From a virus: a DNA stretch of 64,000 bases. Numbering within the stretch: the stretch's first letter is position 1; every line of letters starts with the position of its first letter. The DNA is taken from positions 29,671 to 93,670 of IMG/VR virus record IMGVR_UViG_3300045988_131075, one strand, 5' to 3'. Made by a program: the position numbers and the translations under genes. The notes beneath the pieces are model-generated. The model saw only the letters and a program-made list of their open reading frames with translations. It had not been told where the DNA came from and ran no database searches. This document shows positions 1-13,427 of this stretch, in pieces.

Positions 1-572
1 ATGGAGTAAAGATTCCTAAATCTAGTTTCTTATCTATGGAAAAAGATTTAGAAATTGTTGTAAATCATTTATGTAAAAATGAAAGATTAAAACGTTTATT
101 GTATTATACTACCCCAGATGCTATAGACAAGCCAAATCTGAGTGATGAACAAATGATTTAGTTATTTAAGAAAAATATTAAATTAATTCCTAAATTATAT
201 GTTGATGGTAGTGTTTTAAATTATGTCGTAATTAGTTTTGATAATTTTATTCCTAATGATACAAATCCAGAATTTAGGGATAACATTATTGAATTCGATA
301 TAGTTTGTCATTATGATTAGTGGCATTTAAAAGATTATTAGTTGCGTCCTTATCGCATTGCTGCGGAAATAGATAGTATGATAGATAAAACACATTTAAC
401 AGGTATTGGAAAATTGGAATTTCTTGGTGGTAACCAAATTATTTTAACTGATGAATATGCTGGTTTATGTCTTATGTATACTGCTATTCATGGTGAAGAA
501 GATAAGAAATTTATGCCAAATCCCAATGATGAAGAAAGATTTTTAAAAGACTTTTAGGATAGAACTAAATAA
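1..572 (+). CDS. 3' part of a structural-module protein of unknown function; the gene starts upstream of the window. About 5 in-frame TAG codons; stop is TAA at 570-572.
   Basis: Frame stays open from the window edge. All standard-code interruptions are TAG. The track ORF 342..557 is a fragment of this gene. Confidence 0.5.
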
Positions 573-1297
573 TGGATTTACGTTTAGGCTTAATGTGCGG
601 AATTGATTTACCAATACCAGAACTTTAGGCTACAATTCATTAGCCAAAGATAAAAGAGATTGCTTTTGTCGGTGAAAAAGATTTCTTCCTTGGGGTTCAA
701 TGTCTTTGTATTGATAAAAATATAATAGCCAATTAGGGCGAAAGTCTTTTAGTTAATACGAATAATTTTTAGATATTTATGACAATGATAAAAGAAAAAG
801 AGATGGCTGAAAAAAAAGATTCAGTCATAAATGTTTTTTCTCTTATATTTCCAAAATATAAAACTTTATTTACTCCAAGATCTATCATTTTACAAAGTGA
901 TACTTAGATAATGATTGATGATTCAAATTTTGAAATTCTTTAGGAATATTTAAAGGAAATATTTTGTTTTAAATCTTCTATGTCTCAAGAGCTGGGTTTT
1001 AACCCTGCTAATGGTACTGCTAAAAAAATTGCAGATAAATTAATGAGAGGTAGATAGAGAGTTGCTGAATTAAATGGTTCAGCTAATGTTAGTATATTTA
1101 GTTAGTATCTTTCAATGCTTACTGTAGGTTTAGATTCAATGTCTCTACAGGATTTAATGGATTTAACAATGTTCCAACTTTTTGACCTTGTTGAAAGATA
1201 TTAGCTTTATATTAATTGGGATATTGATATTCGGTCAAGGCTAGCGGGTGGAAAACCTGATGGCAAACCGGAGAACTGGATGAAAAATATCCATTAA
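572..1297 (+). CDS. Hypothetical structural-module protein, about 241 aa, with about 10 in-frame TAG codons.
   Basis: The ATG overlaps the upstream TAA (taATGg). The frame is continuous to TAA at 1295-1297, broken only by TAG. Confidence 0.5.
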
Positions 1298-1321
1298 ATT
1301 TATTAAGGAGGAAAATAACCT

Positions 1322-2320
1322 ATGAAATTTGGTGTTCGCGAAATTTGCGATGTCGTTTTAAAGGCTAAGGCAACTCAGAAGGTTGGTAATAAAATCTTTT
1401 ATAGAAATGAGCCAGTTATTTATTTCGACACTTTAAAAACTTCCAGCATGGAAGGCGCTGCTACCACTGTATATGCACAGGGAGGACGCGGTAATGCTCG
1501 TTTAGTAGCCTGGGAAGGTGAGCGTACTGTTACCTTTACAATGGAAGATGCTCTTATTTCTCCAGAAGGTTTCATGATTCTTTCTGGTGCTGGTCTTGTT
1601 GAAGCAAGTGCTACTAGTACTATTAAACAGCACGTTACTGAAACTGTAGATAAATCACAAATTGATAGTACAACTACTGAAGGACAAGTTACTATTCGTG
1701 TTTCTAAAAAGCCCTATCTTCCAACAGACGAACAAGAGAATTTTGCTTATGTTATGTTTGTCAAAGATGGCGAAATTATCACTGAGCCTTTTATTCCTGT
1801 CCATGAGGAGTTAACTGCTAAGAAAGATACTAACGGTAATGAATATTTTGAATTAACTCTTAAAACTCCACATGATGATTATATTGCTGGTACAGGTAAT
1901 TATACTTTTAATGAAAAGAATGGCCTTCCAGCGGCTGCAGCATATGATAGTGCTATTGTTGATTATTATACTGAAAAGGCTAGGGGCGCTCAACAGATTG
2001 AGATTACTGCTGATAAATTCGGTGGTAACTATTATCTTGAAGCCTCTACTTTATTCCGTGATCAAAATGGTGTTGATATGCCTGCTGAATTTATTATTCC
2101 TAACTGCAAGATTCAGTCTAACTTCACTTTCACAATGGCTTCTTCTGGTGATCCTTCTACTTTCACCTTTACTATGGATGCTTTCCCTGATTATACTCGT
2201 TTTGACCACAGTAAGAAAGTTCTTGCCGCAATTCAAATTATTGAGGAAGGCGGAGCTAGTGACCTTCATCGTACTATGACTGCTCACGATGAGGCTCACA
2301 ATGCTTCTTTCACTGACTGA
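1322..2320 (+). CDS. Major structural protein, 332 aa: major tail (tube) protein candidate, with major capsid protein as the alternative. It has no TAG and a higher-GC codon usage, so it is likely highly expressed.
   Basis: RBS AAGGAGG sits 8 nt upstream of the ATG. The ORF is uninterrupted and followed by a strong terminator. It lies upstream of the chaperone-like gene and the tape measure gene. The beta-rich composition and C-terminal Ig-like tail are an impression only. Confidence 0.5.
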   Translation: MKFGVREICDVVLKAKATQKVGNKIFYRNEPVIYFDTLKTSSMEGAATTVYAQGGRGNARLVAWEGERTVTFTMEDALISPEGFMILSGAGLVEASATSTIKQHVTETVDKSQIDSTTTEGQVTIRVSKKPYLPTDEQENFAYVMFVKDGEIITEPFIPVHEELTAKKDTNGNEYFELTLKTPHDDYIAGTGNYTFNEKNGLPAAAAYDSAIVDYYTEKARGAQQIEITADKFGGNYYLEASTLFRDQNGVDMPAEFIIPNCKIQSNFTFTMASSGDPSTFTFTMDAFPDYTRFDHSKKVLAAIQIIEEGGASDLHRTMTAHDEAHNASFTD

Positions 2321-2493
2321 TGATTATTAAAGGTAAACGTTGGAACATCCAAAAGAAAACTGAGGAAGTAAAAAACAACAATACCAAGAAAGAGAAAAAA
2401 GCTGTTAAATCTATCAAGGTTCCTGAAGAACCTGTGATTTCTGAAGAAGAAATTGATGAGGTCAGCAAATTCTTTAATTTAGATAAAGAATAA
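2320..2493 (+). CDS. Small Lys/Glu-rich protein, 57 aa.
   Basis: The ATG overlaps the TGA of the upstream gene (tgATGa). It ends at TAA immediately before the terminator. Confidence 0.35.
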   Translation: MIIKGKRWNIQKKTEEVKNNNTKKEKKAVKSIKVPEEPVISEEEIDEVSKFFNLDKE

Positions 2494-2499
2494 TTTTAT

Positions 2500-2534
2500 G
2501 GGAGAGAATAGAAATATTCTCTCCCATTTTTTTT
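2500..2534 (+). terminator. Rho-independent terminator.
   Basis: The gggagagaata / tattctctccc stem is followed by a T9 run. Confidence 0.6.
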
Positions 2535-2558
2535 ATTTAGAGAAAAAGGAGAGATAAT

Positions 2559-3665
2559 ATGAATTCGTTATAGAGAAGTATTAAGGCCAGTCCAAGAGAA
2601 ATGAATACAGAAGATTTTTTAAAGAAATCTTATGAATTTACAAAAAGAAGTATGAGTTAGAAATTAAGAGCAAGAGATACTTCTGAAAAACAAGCTAAAA
2701 AATTAGAAGAATTCTTTCAAAGTATTCAAAATAGATAGCTTGGAAATCCTATCGAAAATATCCAAATGAGTGAATTATTAGATGCTTTAGAATAGATTAA
2801 TCCTTAGCTCTTTAATTCAATGAAATATTTATTTACTACGCCAGATAACTATGGAGATTCTAATGATGCGCATGGTAAATATTTTGAAGGGGTTATTGCG
2901 GAAGCGGTTGCCACTGCGGAGAATTATTTTGCTGGTAATAAAACTATGACTATAAGTGGAAGTAGTAAAAAGGCTGGAACCGCATCTGTTAACCTTATAG
3001 ATTTAGCAAAGGATTTAGATGAAGATACAAAAAATCTAATGAATGATATTTATTAGAAAACTGCCCAAGAAATGAAAAAAGATAGTGAAGCTGCATCTTC
3101 TACAATAAAAGGAGTTTCTGGCAAAGCGGATATTATAGGAATTTAGTAGAATTATACAATATAGAAAACTAGCCATTTAGAATTAGATGAAGAAATTTAT
3201 GATGCTTTATTAAATGCTACTTTTACTGCGAAAAATTATATGTCTAACACTTAGATTGAATTAGGATCTACTAATCCTTTTCGTGTTTTTATGACTATGA
3301 TTCCTCTTGGAGGAGCTACAAGTAAAATTTAGAGATATTACCGTATGTTGGCTTGTAAATAGAAGCACTTTCCTGATAAGCATCCTGATGCACCAAAGTA
3401 TTTTTATAGATTAAGAGCTATTTATGAATTAACTGGTGGAAAATCTAATTATACTAATACTGTATTAAATAAGCTAATAGGTGGAAATTATACTAAATTT
3501 TTAGTTTTAAATTTATAGGGACATATAAGAGTTATTCCTACTTAGAGTGTCATAAAAGAGCTTATTGACAATATTGATGATGATTAGTTTAATAAAGATA
3601 TAGATTGGCAAAAGGCTTTATATGGACGTATTAGGATTAATCAAAATAAATTTAGTGAAATTTAA
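2559..3665 (+). CDS. Hypothetical tail-module protein, 368 aa, with about 17 in-frame TAG codons.
   Basis: A single frame runs from ATG 2559 to TAA 3663-3665. All internal stops are TAG. Confidence 0.5.
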
Positions 3666-3723
3666 AATTGACTAAATAGAAAATTTTTTGTATAATGTAA
3701 TAAAGAGTAAAAGGAGGCTAATT

Positions 3724-4257
3724 ATGGCTAAAATTTCATATACTAAATTAGGAATTGGTAAGGAAGAATTGAATAAAGTTCAGACTGTAGAATATAATGA
3801 TCAAACCATTGAAGTAAAGCAATATCTTCCAGTTGCAGAAAAGAGTGAATTAATTACTCGTGTATTAAATAATTCTGTAGATGAAGATAATGGATATTAT
3901 AATCTTTTAAAGATGGATATGCATCTTGCACTTGAGATTGTTTATGCTTATAGCAATATTAATTTTACAGAAAAGCAAAAAGAGGATTCAGCGAAGCTTT
4001 ATGATATGCTCAATGCTTCAAAGGTGCTTAATCTTATTATTGGTCTTATTCCAGAAGGAGAATTTTATTATTTAAATAAGACTGTCCATGAAATGGCTAA
4101 TAATATTGTGGCTTATCGCAATTCCGCGATGGGAATTATGGAGCGCATTACTACTGATTATAGTAACTTAAATTTTGATGCTAGCACGATTCAAAAAGAA
4201 CTTGCCGATCCTAATAATATGACTTTATTGAAAGATATTCTCACTAAATTGGGCTAA
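3724..4257 (+). CDS. Putative tail assembly chaperone-like protein, 177 aa.
   Basis: RBS AAAGGAGG sits 6 nt upstream of the ATG. It lies immediately upstream of the tape measure gene. The protein is acidic and helical. Confidence 0.3.
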   Translation: MAKISYTKLGIGKEELNKVQTVEYNDQTIEVKQYLPVAEKSELITRVLNNSVDEDNGYYNLLKMDMHLALEIVYAYSNINFTEKQKEDSAKLYDMLNASKVLNLIIGLIPEGEFYYLNKTVHEMANNIVAYRNSAMGIMERITTDYSNLNFDASTIQKELADPNNMTLLKDILTKLG

Positions 4258-4302
4258 TTAAATTATTTAATTTAATTAATTTTTTAAAGTCATTAGAGTA
4301 AT

Positions 4303-4345
4303 GGGGATAAGAGTATTTTATTACTCTTATCCCCTTTTTATTTTT
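4303..4345 (+). terminator. Rho-independent terminator.
   Basis: The ggggataagagta / tactcttatcccc stem is followed by a T-run. Confidence 0.55.
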
Positions 4346-4387
4346 ATTTTGCAAAGTAAAAATTAAGAGAGAAAGGAGATTTTTTTG

Positions 4388-7300
4388 ATGGCTAAACAAT
4401 TAAATAGTTATCAAGTTAATTTACAATTTAATGCAAATACTGCATAGGCGAAAACGCAATTGCAAGATTTGCAAACAACTCTTGATGCTATTATAAAAGA
4501 GTCTGTAGCGGGGGTTTCTAAAGGAGACTTTAATTTAACTAAAAGATTAAATGAAGCGCAGATAGCGGCATCAAAACTACAAACCATTTTAGCTCAAACT
4601 ACTAATGTAAAAACGGGAAAAATGGATTTAACAAGATTTTCTCAATCTTTAAAATAGAGTAATTTAGATTTAAAAAAGATATAGAATAGTTTACTTGAAC
4701 TTGGACCTTCTGGGCAAAAAGCTTTTATGTCTTTAGCTCAATCTATTGTTGAAGCTGATGTTCCATTAAAAAGAACAAATTTATTAGTTTCTGAATTATG
4801 GACAACTTTAAAGAATACAGCTCGTTGGTAGATTTCTTCTAGTGCATTGCATGCATTTATGGGTACTATTCAATCTGCTTATGGATATGCCAAAGATTTA
4901 AATGAATCTTTAAATGATATTCGTATTGTTACTGGACACAATATTGAATATATGGATAAATTTGCTGAAAGAGCAAATAAAGCGGCGAAAGCATTAAACG
5001 CTACTACATTAGATTACACTAATGCTTCTTTAATTTACTATCAATAGGGTTTAAGTGATGAAGAAGTAGAAAAAAGAACAGATATTACTGTTAAAATGGC
5101 TAATGTAATTAAACAAAATGCTGATATTGTTTCTGATCAATTGACTGCAATTTGGAATAATTTCTATGATGGCTCCGATTCTCTAGAACATTATGCTGAT
5201 GCGATGGTGCGCTTAGGTGCAGATACCGCATCTAGCTCTGATGAAATTGCTGGCGGTCTTGAAAAATTTGCGGCAGTTGCTAATACAATTGGTTTAAGCT
5301 TTGATAATGCAGCAGCTGCGTTGGCCACTATTACTGCTACGACTCGTCAAAGTGAAGATGTAGTAGGTACTTCTTTAAAGACTATTTTTGCTCGTATTCA
5401 AGGTTTAAAATTAGGTGAAACCTTAGAAGATGGCACTACTTTAAATCAATATTCACAAGCTCTTGCGGCTGTTGGAGTTAATATTAAAGACTCTAATGGA
5501 CAATTAAAAGATATGGATATCATTCTTGATGAATTGGGCCACAAATGGTCAACAATTAGTAAAGACCAATAGGTAGCTTTAGCTCAACAAGTAGCTGGTA
5601 TTCGCCAATATAACCAATTAATTGCTTTAATGGATAATTTTGATTTTTATCAAGAAAATATTCAAAGAGCAAAAGATGCAGATGGTTCTTTACAAGAACA
5701 AGCTGATATTTATGCTGAAAGCTGGGAAGCTGCTCGTGATCGTGTGCGTGCAGCAGCCGAAAGCATTTATGATGATTTGATTAATGATAAATTCTTTATT
5801 AGTTTGTCTGATGCGATAGCAGGAGCTTTAGATGCTATCGATAAATTGATTAGTTCTATAGGAGGTCTTCCGGGAGTAATTGCAGCTCTTGGAATGATAT
5901 TTACTAAAGTGTTTAAAGTTCAAATGGGCGAGGGCGTTAATAATTTAGTTTTTGGCCTTTAGTCTTTAGTTGGACTTACAAAAAAGAGTGCAGTTTCTCT
6001 TAAACAAGAAGCTTATAATCGAGCTTCTAATATGGCTTTTGATACTGGTACTGAAGTTGGAGATAGATAGGGAGAATCATTAAAATAGACTTTAGACTTA
6101 AAGAAAAGAATATATGATATATCTGAAAATATTACAAAAGAGGAAAGACAATAGCTTGAAGGGTTAATTGAAATTAATCGAGCTTATAATGAACAGGCTA
6201 TAAAAGCGGCTCAAAAAAAAGATTAGGCTAGTGAGAATCTTCAAAATACTCGCATGGATCTTAGAGCGCGCATAAGAAGAAATTCTGCCACTGGAAAAGT
6301 AGAGAAAAATTTAAATACTTTTGGAAATGTTCAATAGCAAATGGGTGGAATTATTAAAACTGGTTTGCGAGGAACTAAAGCTTTAGATGGACTTAATAAA
6401 GCATTAAAAGAAGGAAGTCCATTAGGAAAAGCTTTTGAGGGCAGAATAAATACAATTCAGCAGGCTTTAATTAAAGTAGATAGATCTGAAGCAGCTAAAT
6501 CTATTGGAAATTTTGTTGAAGAATTAAAAAACGGAACTATAACAGTAGATTAGTTCTTGAAAAAAGTAAATAATGTTGTCACTAAAGAAAATTTAATGGC
6601 TGATGCTACATCCAAAGCGGCAACTATTCTTGAGGATGACTTTGGCAAAAAAGTTAAAATTAACGGCGAGGAATGTCAAAAGCTTGCTGAAGATATGACT
6701 GAAGTTATTGTAACAACAGATAAATTAAAAACTACTAATAAGCAAGTTGCTGGGTCTTATGAAAAAATAAAAGCTGCAATTGAAAATTATAAAAATGCTA
6801 CTGGAGATTTAGGGTAGAAATTAATTTCTATGGTTAATGGTTTTTCTTCATTGGCTATGGGATTGGCTTCCATTAAGAGTATTTTTGATACTTTATCTGA
6901 TGAAGATATGTCATTCTTTGATAAACTTTTATCAGTTAGTATGTCTTTAGGCATGGGTATTTCTATGACCGTTTCTGGCTTATCTACTATGGCTAAAGCC
7001 TATAAAGAATTGGCAGAAGCTAAAACTTTAGATAATATAAAGACTTCGATTAATACTGCTATTACAGAGATTAATAATCTGGTAAAAGCTTAGGCGGCCG
7101 CCAGAACAGGAACTCAAACAGTAGCTACAGATAGATAGGCATTGGCTGAAAGCAAACTTACAAAAAATATAATATTGTAGAATGCTGCCTATTTAGTCCG
7201 TAATACACAGATGTCTGCAACAGCAGCTTTTGGATTAAGTTTAGCTGGTACTATATTAGCTGTAGTTGCAGCTGCAGCGGCTTTAGTGCTTATATCTAAA

Positions 7301-10300
7301 GCAGTTTATAATTCTATTCATAAAGAAGAAATAGCGGCTGAAGCAGCAGCCAAAGCGGCTTCAGATCTTGGTAATGCTTATGATGAGTGTCGTGAAAAGT
7401 ATCAGCAAATGATTGATGAGTTTAATGAATACAAAGATGCCATAGATGCTTTGGATAATTTAACTAAAGGAACTCAAGAATATCGTGATGCTTTAGACGA
7501 GGCTAATCAAAAGGCTTTAGAATTAATTCAAAATAATCCTGATAAATTTAATAAAGATGATTATTATTGGGATGATAATAAATTAGTTATTAAAGATACA
7601 GCTATGTCTCGTGTAGCTGAAGCTAGTAGACAAGAGACAGCGGATTTATAGGCTGCTTCTGCTATGGCCAATGCCAATAATGCTCAGGCATAGGCAAATT
7701 TGCAGAAAGAAAATCTTACTGATATTGTTAAGAGTTCTTTGCGTAACACAGGTAATGTAAATAAATCTATTGATGCTTATTTAAATAGCGATAGAGTTGC
7801 TGTTGATAAAGAAGACTTAAAAGATATTCTTAATCTTGATAATGGTATAGACGATAAGGCTTTAGTTAATGTCCTTTGGCGCAATATTGATGCTTTAAAT
7901 GAGTTAAGAAATACTATGGATGGGGTTGAAACCTCTTTTGATCTTGCTAGTAAAACCGCAGCAAGAGCGCAATGGTCTGGTTCTGGTAAAGAAAATACTA
8001 AAGCTGGAAAAATGGCGCTTGAAGGTGGCGGAAGATTATATAATAATCTTTATGCTGAGGGAGAAAATACTGTTAAAGGTTATTCATTAGACACTAATTG
8101 GGCTGCCTATGAAAAAATGAATAATTTGAATTCTCTAAAAGGATATAAACGTTCTATTAAAAGCGATAAAGTTGAATACAGTTATTATGATGAGAATGGT
8201 GAAAAGATAACTTAGGAAATCAGTAAAGAAGCTATTCAAATCGCGGCCGCAACCCAATATGCTAATGATAGAATTGGAGAAGCTTTAGATAGCTTATATC
8301 AAAATATTGCTAAAGCTAATAAAGATGGCCTTGATAGTGTAGGGAAATATTTATCAACAGAAAATTTTGATAATATGACAAAAGGCGAGCTTGAACAATT
8401 TTAGGGATTAACTGATGATTAGTTAAAAGAATACGGAATTGATAAACAAGCTATTGAAGAAGCTAAGAAAGTTGTATTTGATGAAATGGATGGTCTTAAT
8501 GAAGCTATGAGCGATTAGATCACTGTTGGAGTGAATAAGACTTTAAAAGAAAATATTTAGAATTTTGGTTCTGAAGGTAAAGATGCCTATATTAGTGCTA
8601 TCAATCAAATTGGTGAATCTATTGATTGGAATGCTTTGTCTCCAGAATCTTAGGCTGAAGCTTGGAATAAAATTTCTAATATTAATTGGTTTGATTTTGA
8701 TGCTCAACGTCAAGCTGAAACTCTAATTAAAGAAATGGGCGGAGATGTTTCTGTTCTTGGAGATAATTGGGATAAAGCTTTTAGCTAGATGCGCAAAGCT
8801 GGAGATGTCGTTCCAGTATTAACTGATATCAAAGAACGCCTTGATAAAATAGATAATATTACTAAAGATATGAAAATCGGTAAGATTTTAGAAAAAGAAG
8901 ATTATGATACTTTAGTAAATTATAATAGTGAATTGGCAAGATATTTTGCTATTTTATCTGATGGGTCTGCTGTTTTTGTAGGTGATCCTCTTGATTTCCA
9001 GTAGATGGTTAAATCCACTAAGTAGGATGAATTAAGTAGAACTATAAATGGATACCAAAATATTATTGATTAGTATTATGCGGGGGCTGAAGAACTTAAA
9101 AAAGCGGGTGGATTAGATTAGATTCGAGAAGTTGGGTCTGAAAATGTTAATAATCAGTTAGCGTTTTTAAAGACTTAGAACTATGATGAAACATAGATTT
9201 CTGATTGGATTGGTAAGCTTGCTAATTCTAGAGGATAGGATATTGACACTTTAAAAGCTATTGCTGAAGCAGTTAATGAAGTTGGTAATTCTTTCTTATC
9301 TAGCAAAGATAGTATAGAACAATATACAGCAAGTAGTCAATAGGCTATGAATGAATTGGCAATGACCGCCGAAACTGCTCAAGAAGCAGAAGAAATGCTT
9401 AAAAATGGTAGTATCAATGAAATAGCTTATAATATAAGTGCTATATAGCGTATGTCTAGTGAAAAATGGGAAAATTTAGATTCATCTGAAGTAAATAAAT
9501 ATGCAGATTCTTTAATGAAGACAGCTAAAAGTTCTAAATTATTAAGTGATGAACTTGTAAATAATAAAGAGGCTGCTGAAGATGTAGCTCTTTACACTAT
9601 GAAAATGAATAATGGTGTAGAGAAATTGAAAAATGGCTTTAGCGGATGGGCTGATGTATTAACGAAATCTGATTCTGCTTCACAAGAATATTATGATGCA
9701 ATGGTTGATATTAAAGATGCCATGTCTGATGTGCTTGGGGTTTCAGAAGAATTTTTAACTGATGAGTTTATTACTAAAAATTTAACTGATATAGGCAAGG
9801 CTGCAGAAGGCGATGCTGATGCTATAGATCGTTTGGCCGCTGCGGCAAGTAAAGATATTCTTTTAAATGTTGATTTTGTTTAGGATAATAAACAATTACA
9901 AGATGTTTTATTATCAATGCATGATAAATTAGCGGCGGAAATTCCAGATATAAAAATTGGTACAACTTTTGAAGGTCAAGATGATTTAGTTAGATAGGCT
10001 CAAAACATTATCGGCACAGCAAAAATGACTGCTGAATAGGCAAATGCTTATTTTAGTGCCATGGGTTTTGAAACTAAATTTAAAGTTGAACCTCAAAAGA
10101 TGGAATAGGAAACCCCGATAGTACGTTCTAGATAGACAATAGTTGGAGCAGGATTTGATGAACACGGAGCTCCCTATTGGGAAACAACAACAGAAACTTG
10201 GAATGATGGATATAGCATTCAAACAGGTTATGTCGATGCTATTGCTATGGCGACCTCTCCTGATGGAACAAAAACTCCGATTATTGAAAGTATGACTAGT

Positions 10301-13300
10301 AAGCCTACTGGAATTATGAATAATAGTTCAAAAGCTAATAGAGGTACTACAAGCTCAAGTAAAGGCGGAGGAGGAAATAAAAATAAACCAACCAAGGGAG
10401 ATTTAACTAAAAAAAGCGATGTTGTTGATCGTTATAAAGAAATTACTGATAGCATCAATGATACCACTCGTGCTTTAGATAAGGCTAATAAATCGGCAGA
10501 TAGACTTTGGGGTAAAGCCCATCTTGATGCGATGGCTAAAAGTAATAAATTAACTTTAAAAGAAATTGATTTATTAAAACAAAAGCAAAAAGAGGCTTAG
10601 GCTTATCTAAAGACAGATAAAGTTACTTTATAGCAAGCTGCGAAAGAAGCTGGAATTACTTTCACATTTGATGAAGATGGTGACATTTCTAATTATACTG
10701 ATTAGATGACTAAACTTTATAATTAGCTCATAGCTGCTTAGAATAAAGCAAATTCTTTTTCTACAAAAGATGCTCAAGACGCTTATAAAGAAGCAACTTT
10801 AGATCCGATTCAAGAGAAAATCAATAAGTTGAAAGATGCTATTAAGCAATATGAAGATACAAGAGATTTAGTCGAAGAATTAACTGATGATATCCAAGAT
10901 AAAATAAACGAATGGCAAGATAAAAATTATCAAATGCTTACTTATGAAGTTGAAATAAAGGTTCAATTAGATGAAAATGATACTAAAAAATTAGAATATT
11001 ATTTTGATAAATTAAGTGATAATATTTATAAAGCCGCTGAAGCTCTTGGATATTTACAAGGCCAATTTGATCCAGTAATTAGTCAATTAGGAACTTACGA
11101 AAATTTCTATGGCCAGTTAAATAATGCTTATTCTAATGGAGAAATCTCTCAAGAAAATTATATTGAAGGCTTACAAGATGTATATGATAATACATTAGAT
11201 AATTTAAATGCTTTGTAGGATTTAGATAAAGAAATGCTTGAATATTATGGTAATACTATAGATTTGGCAAATGATGAATTGTCTAAATATACAGACCATA
11301 TGGAACATTTAACCAATGTATTAGACCATTATCGTTCTATTATTACTTTATTAGGCAAAGATAAAGATTATGATAAAGTTTTATCAGTTTTAAATGGAAC
11401 TGCTTAGACTAAGAAAAATAATTTTGATACTTCTAAGCAATGGTATGAAAGCTTGAAACGTGAACGCGATGCGGCGGCCGCAGCTTTAGCCAGTTCAACT
11501 GATGAGGCTGAACGTGAAGTGCTTCAAAAGAATTATGATGCTATATTAGCCGCATTCGATGAAGCGGAAGAGGATATGCTTTCTAAAGCTGAAGAATATG
11601 GCGAAGCATTAAAAGAAATTCTTACTACAAAGATGGAGCAAGCTGCGGATGAAATGAATAAGCAATTAAGCACTACTAAAGTAAGTATTAATGGTAATAA
11701 CTTTAATATTTCTGGTTGGGATGCTTTAAATGATGCTTTGGATAGAATGTCTTCTTATCAAGATGAATATTTAACAAAAACTAATTAGATTTATGAAATG
11801 AATAAACTACTTAATAATGTTAATTAGGCTATTGATAAGACAAATAATCAAGCAGCTAAAAATAGATACCAGCAATTTACTAAAGAAATTGAGTAGTTAA
11901 GAGATAAAGATAAATTAAGTCAATTAGAATTAGAAATTGCTTAGGCTAAATATAAAGTACTTGAAGCGCAAATTGCGTTAGAAGAAGCTCAAAACGCAAA
12001 GTCTACAGTTAGACTGCAACGTGATAATGAGGGCAATTTTGGTTATGTGTATACCGCAGACCAAGAGAAAGTAAATGATGCGCAATAGGCTTTGGCGGAC
12101 GCGGAAAATGATTTATATAACATTCGCCTTGATGCGACAAATAAATATGGTCAACAAAAACTTCAATATGAGAAAGAGTTGGCTGACAAACTTGCGGAAC
12201 TCGATTAGAAAGCTGCGGAAGATGCCGTTTACCGCGAGACCGCTTATCAGCAAGAACGCGCTTTAGTAATTCAACAATATACTGATTTAATTACTACTGC
12301 TGGAAATCTTTATGCAAAAGCTCAAGAAGAGGATAGTAGAGTTGTTCAAGACGCTTGGGTAAATTCTTTTGATATTATCAAAGATAATAGTAATAGTTGG
12401 AAAGATACTATTACTGAAAACACTAATATTATCAATGATACATTTAAAGAATGGCAAGATAGCATGGATGAAATTAGTAAAATTGTTGGTGATGATTTAA
12501 AAGATACTCAATAGAAAGTTAAAGATGTTACTGATGAAAGTAATAAACTTTATCAAGAAGTATCTAATAGAGTTATTCCTACTCTTGAAAGCGAGTTAAG
12601 TTCTGTCCGTAGCGCTACTGAAGCTTGGGCACAACATCGTCAGCAATTACTTGATACTATTAGAGCTTATGAAGAGCTTTTGAACGCTATTCAAGCGACA
12701 TTGCGCGCTTAGAGTGGATTTGGTAGCGATAGTAGTAATTCTTCAACAAGAGTTGATTGGTCTGAAAAAATGGGTCAAGTTGAATATGGTTCTGATAAAT
12801 ATAATGAATATTATCAAAATCGTGAAGATGTTATTAAAGGAGGATATGACATTAAAACAGCTACAAATGCTCGTGTTAATGCTTTTTATCAAAAAGGATT
12901 GACATTACCAATTACCCGCAATGGAAAAACTTATACTCATTTTACTGATATTCCTGATAGCATTTGGAAACAATTAGTTGGGTTTAGAAGTGGCGGTTAT
13001 ACTGGCACTTGGAATGATGGTGGAAAATTAGCGTTCTTACATTAGAAAGAATTAGTTCTTAATGCTGATGACACGGAAAATATGTTAGCTTCTATCCAAT
13101 TAGTTAGATAGATCGCGAAACAATTAGATTTCAATAGTCAACAAATTTCTACTCTTTCTTCTTCTGGATTTACTGTTAGTTCTCAAGATGGAACATTAGA
13201 ATAGAATGTTAGAATTGAAGCTAATTTCCCGAACGCAACTGATAGATACGAAATTCAAGAAGCATTTAATACATTAGTTAATGTAGCTTCTCAGTATGCC

Positions 13301-13312
13301 AATAGAAAATAA
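4388..13312 (+). CDS. Tape measure protein, about 2974 aa. This is a single ORF once TAG is read as sense, with many tens of in-frame TAG codons.
   Basis: RBS GAAAGGAG precedes the ATG at 4388. All 15 long track ORFs from 4460 to 12770 share one frame, and the gaps between them contain only TAG. The stop is TAA at 13310-13312. The protein is Ala/Gln-rich and helical, with no enzymatic motif recognised. Confidence 0.7.
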
Positions 13313-13317
13313 AATTA

Positions 13318-13355
13318 AGGGTGAAGTCTTATAGGCTTCACCCTTTTTCTTTTTG
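13318..13355 (+). terminator. Rho-independent terminator.
   Basis: The agggtgaag / cttcaccct stem is followed by a T-rich tract. Confidence 0.55.
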
Positions 13356-13427
13356 GGTAATTATATTGAATAAAACTAATTAATTTTTTAGAAAATTATA
13401 GAGTAATGAGTAAAAGGAGGGATTATT

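Noticed and set aside
1872-2299. Track ORFs 1872..2279 (+) and 2051..2299 (-) overlap the major structural protein gene.
   Set aside because: They are low-complexity Leu/Ile-rich alternative-frame and antisense ORFs inside a well-supported gene. They are spurious.
3688-3723. Track start of the chaperone-like ORF at 3688.
   Set aside because: The ATG at 3724 has a canonical AAAGGAGG RBS at 6 nt spacing. The upstream extension has none.
12075-12266. Off-frame ORF inside the tape measure gene.
   Set aside because: It is in a different frame from the continuous tape measure reading frame. It is basic, low-complexity and has no RBS.
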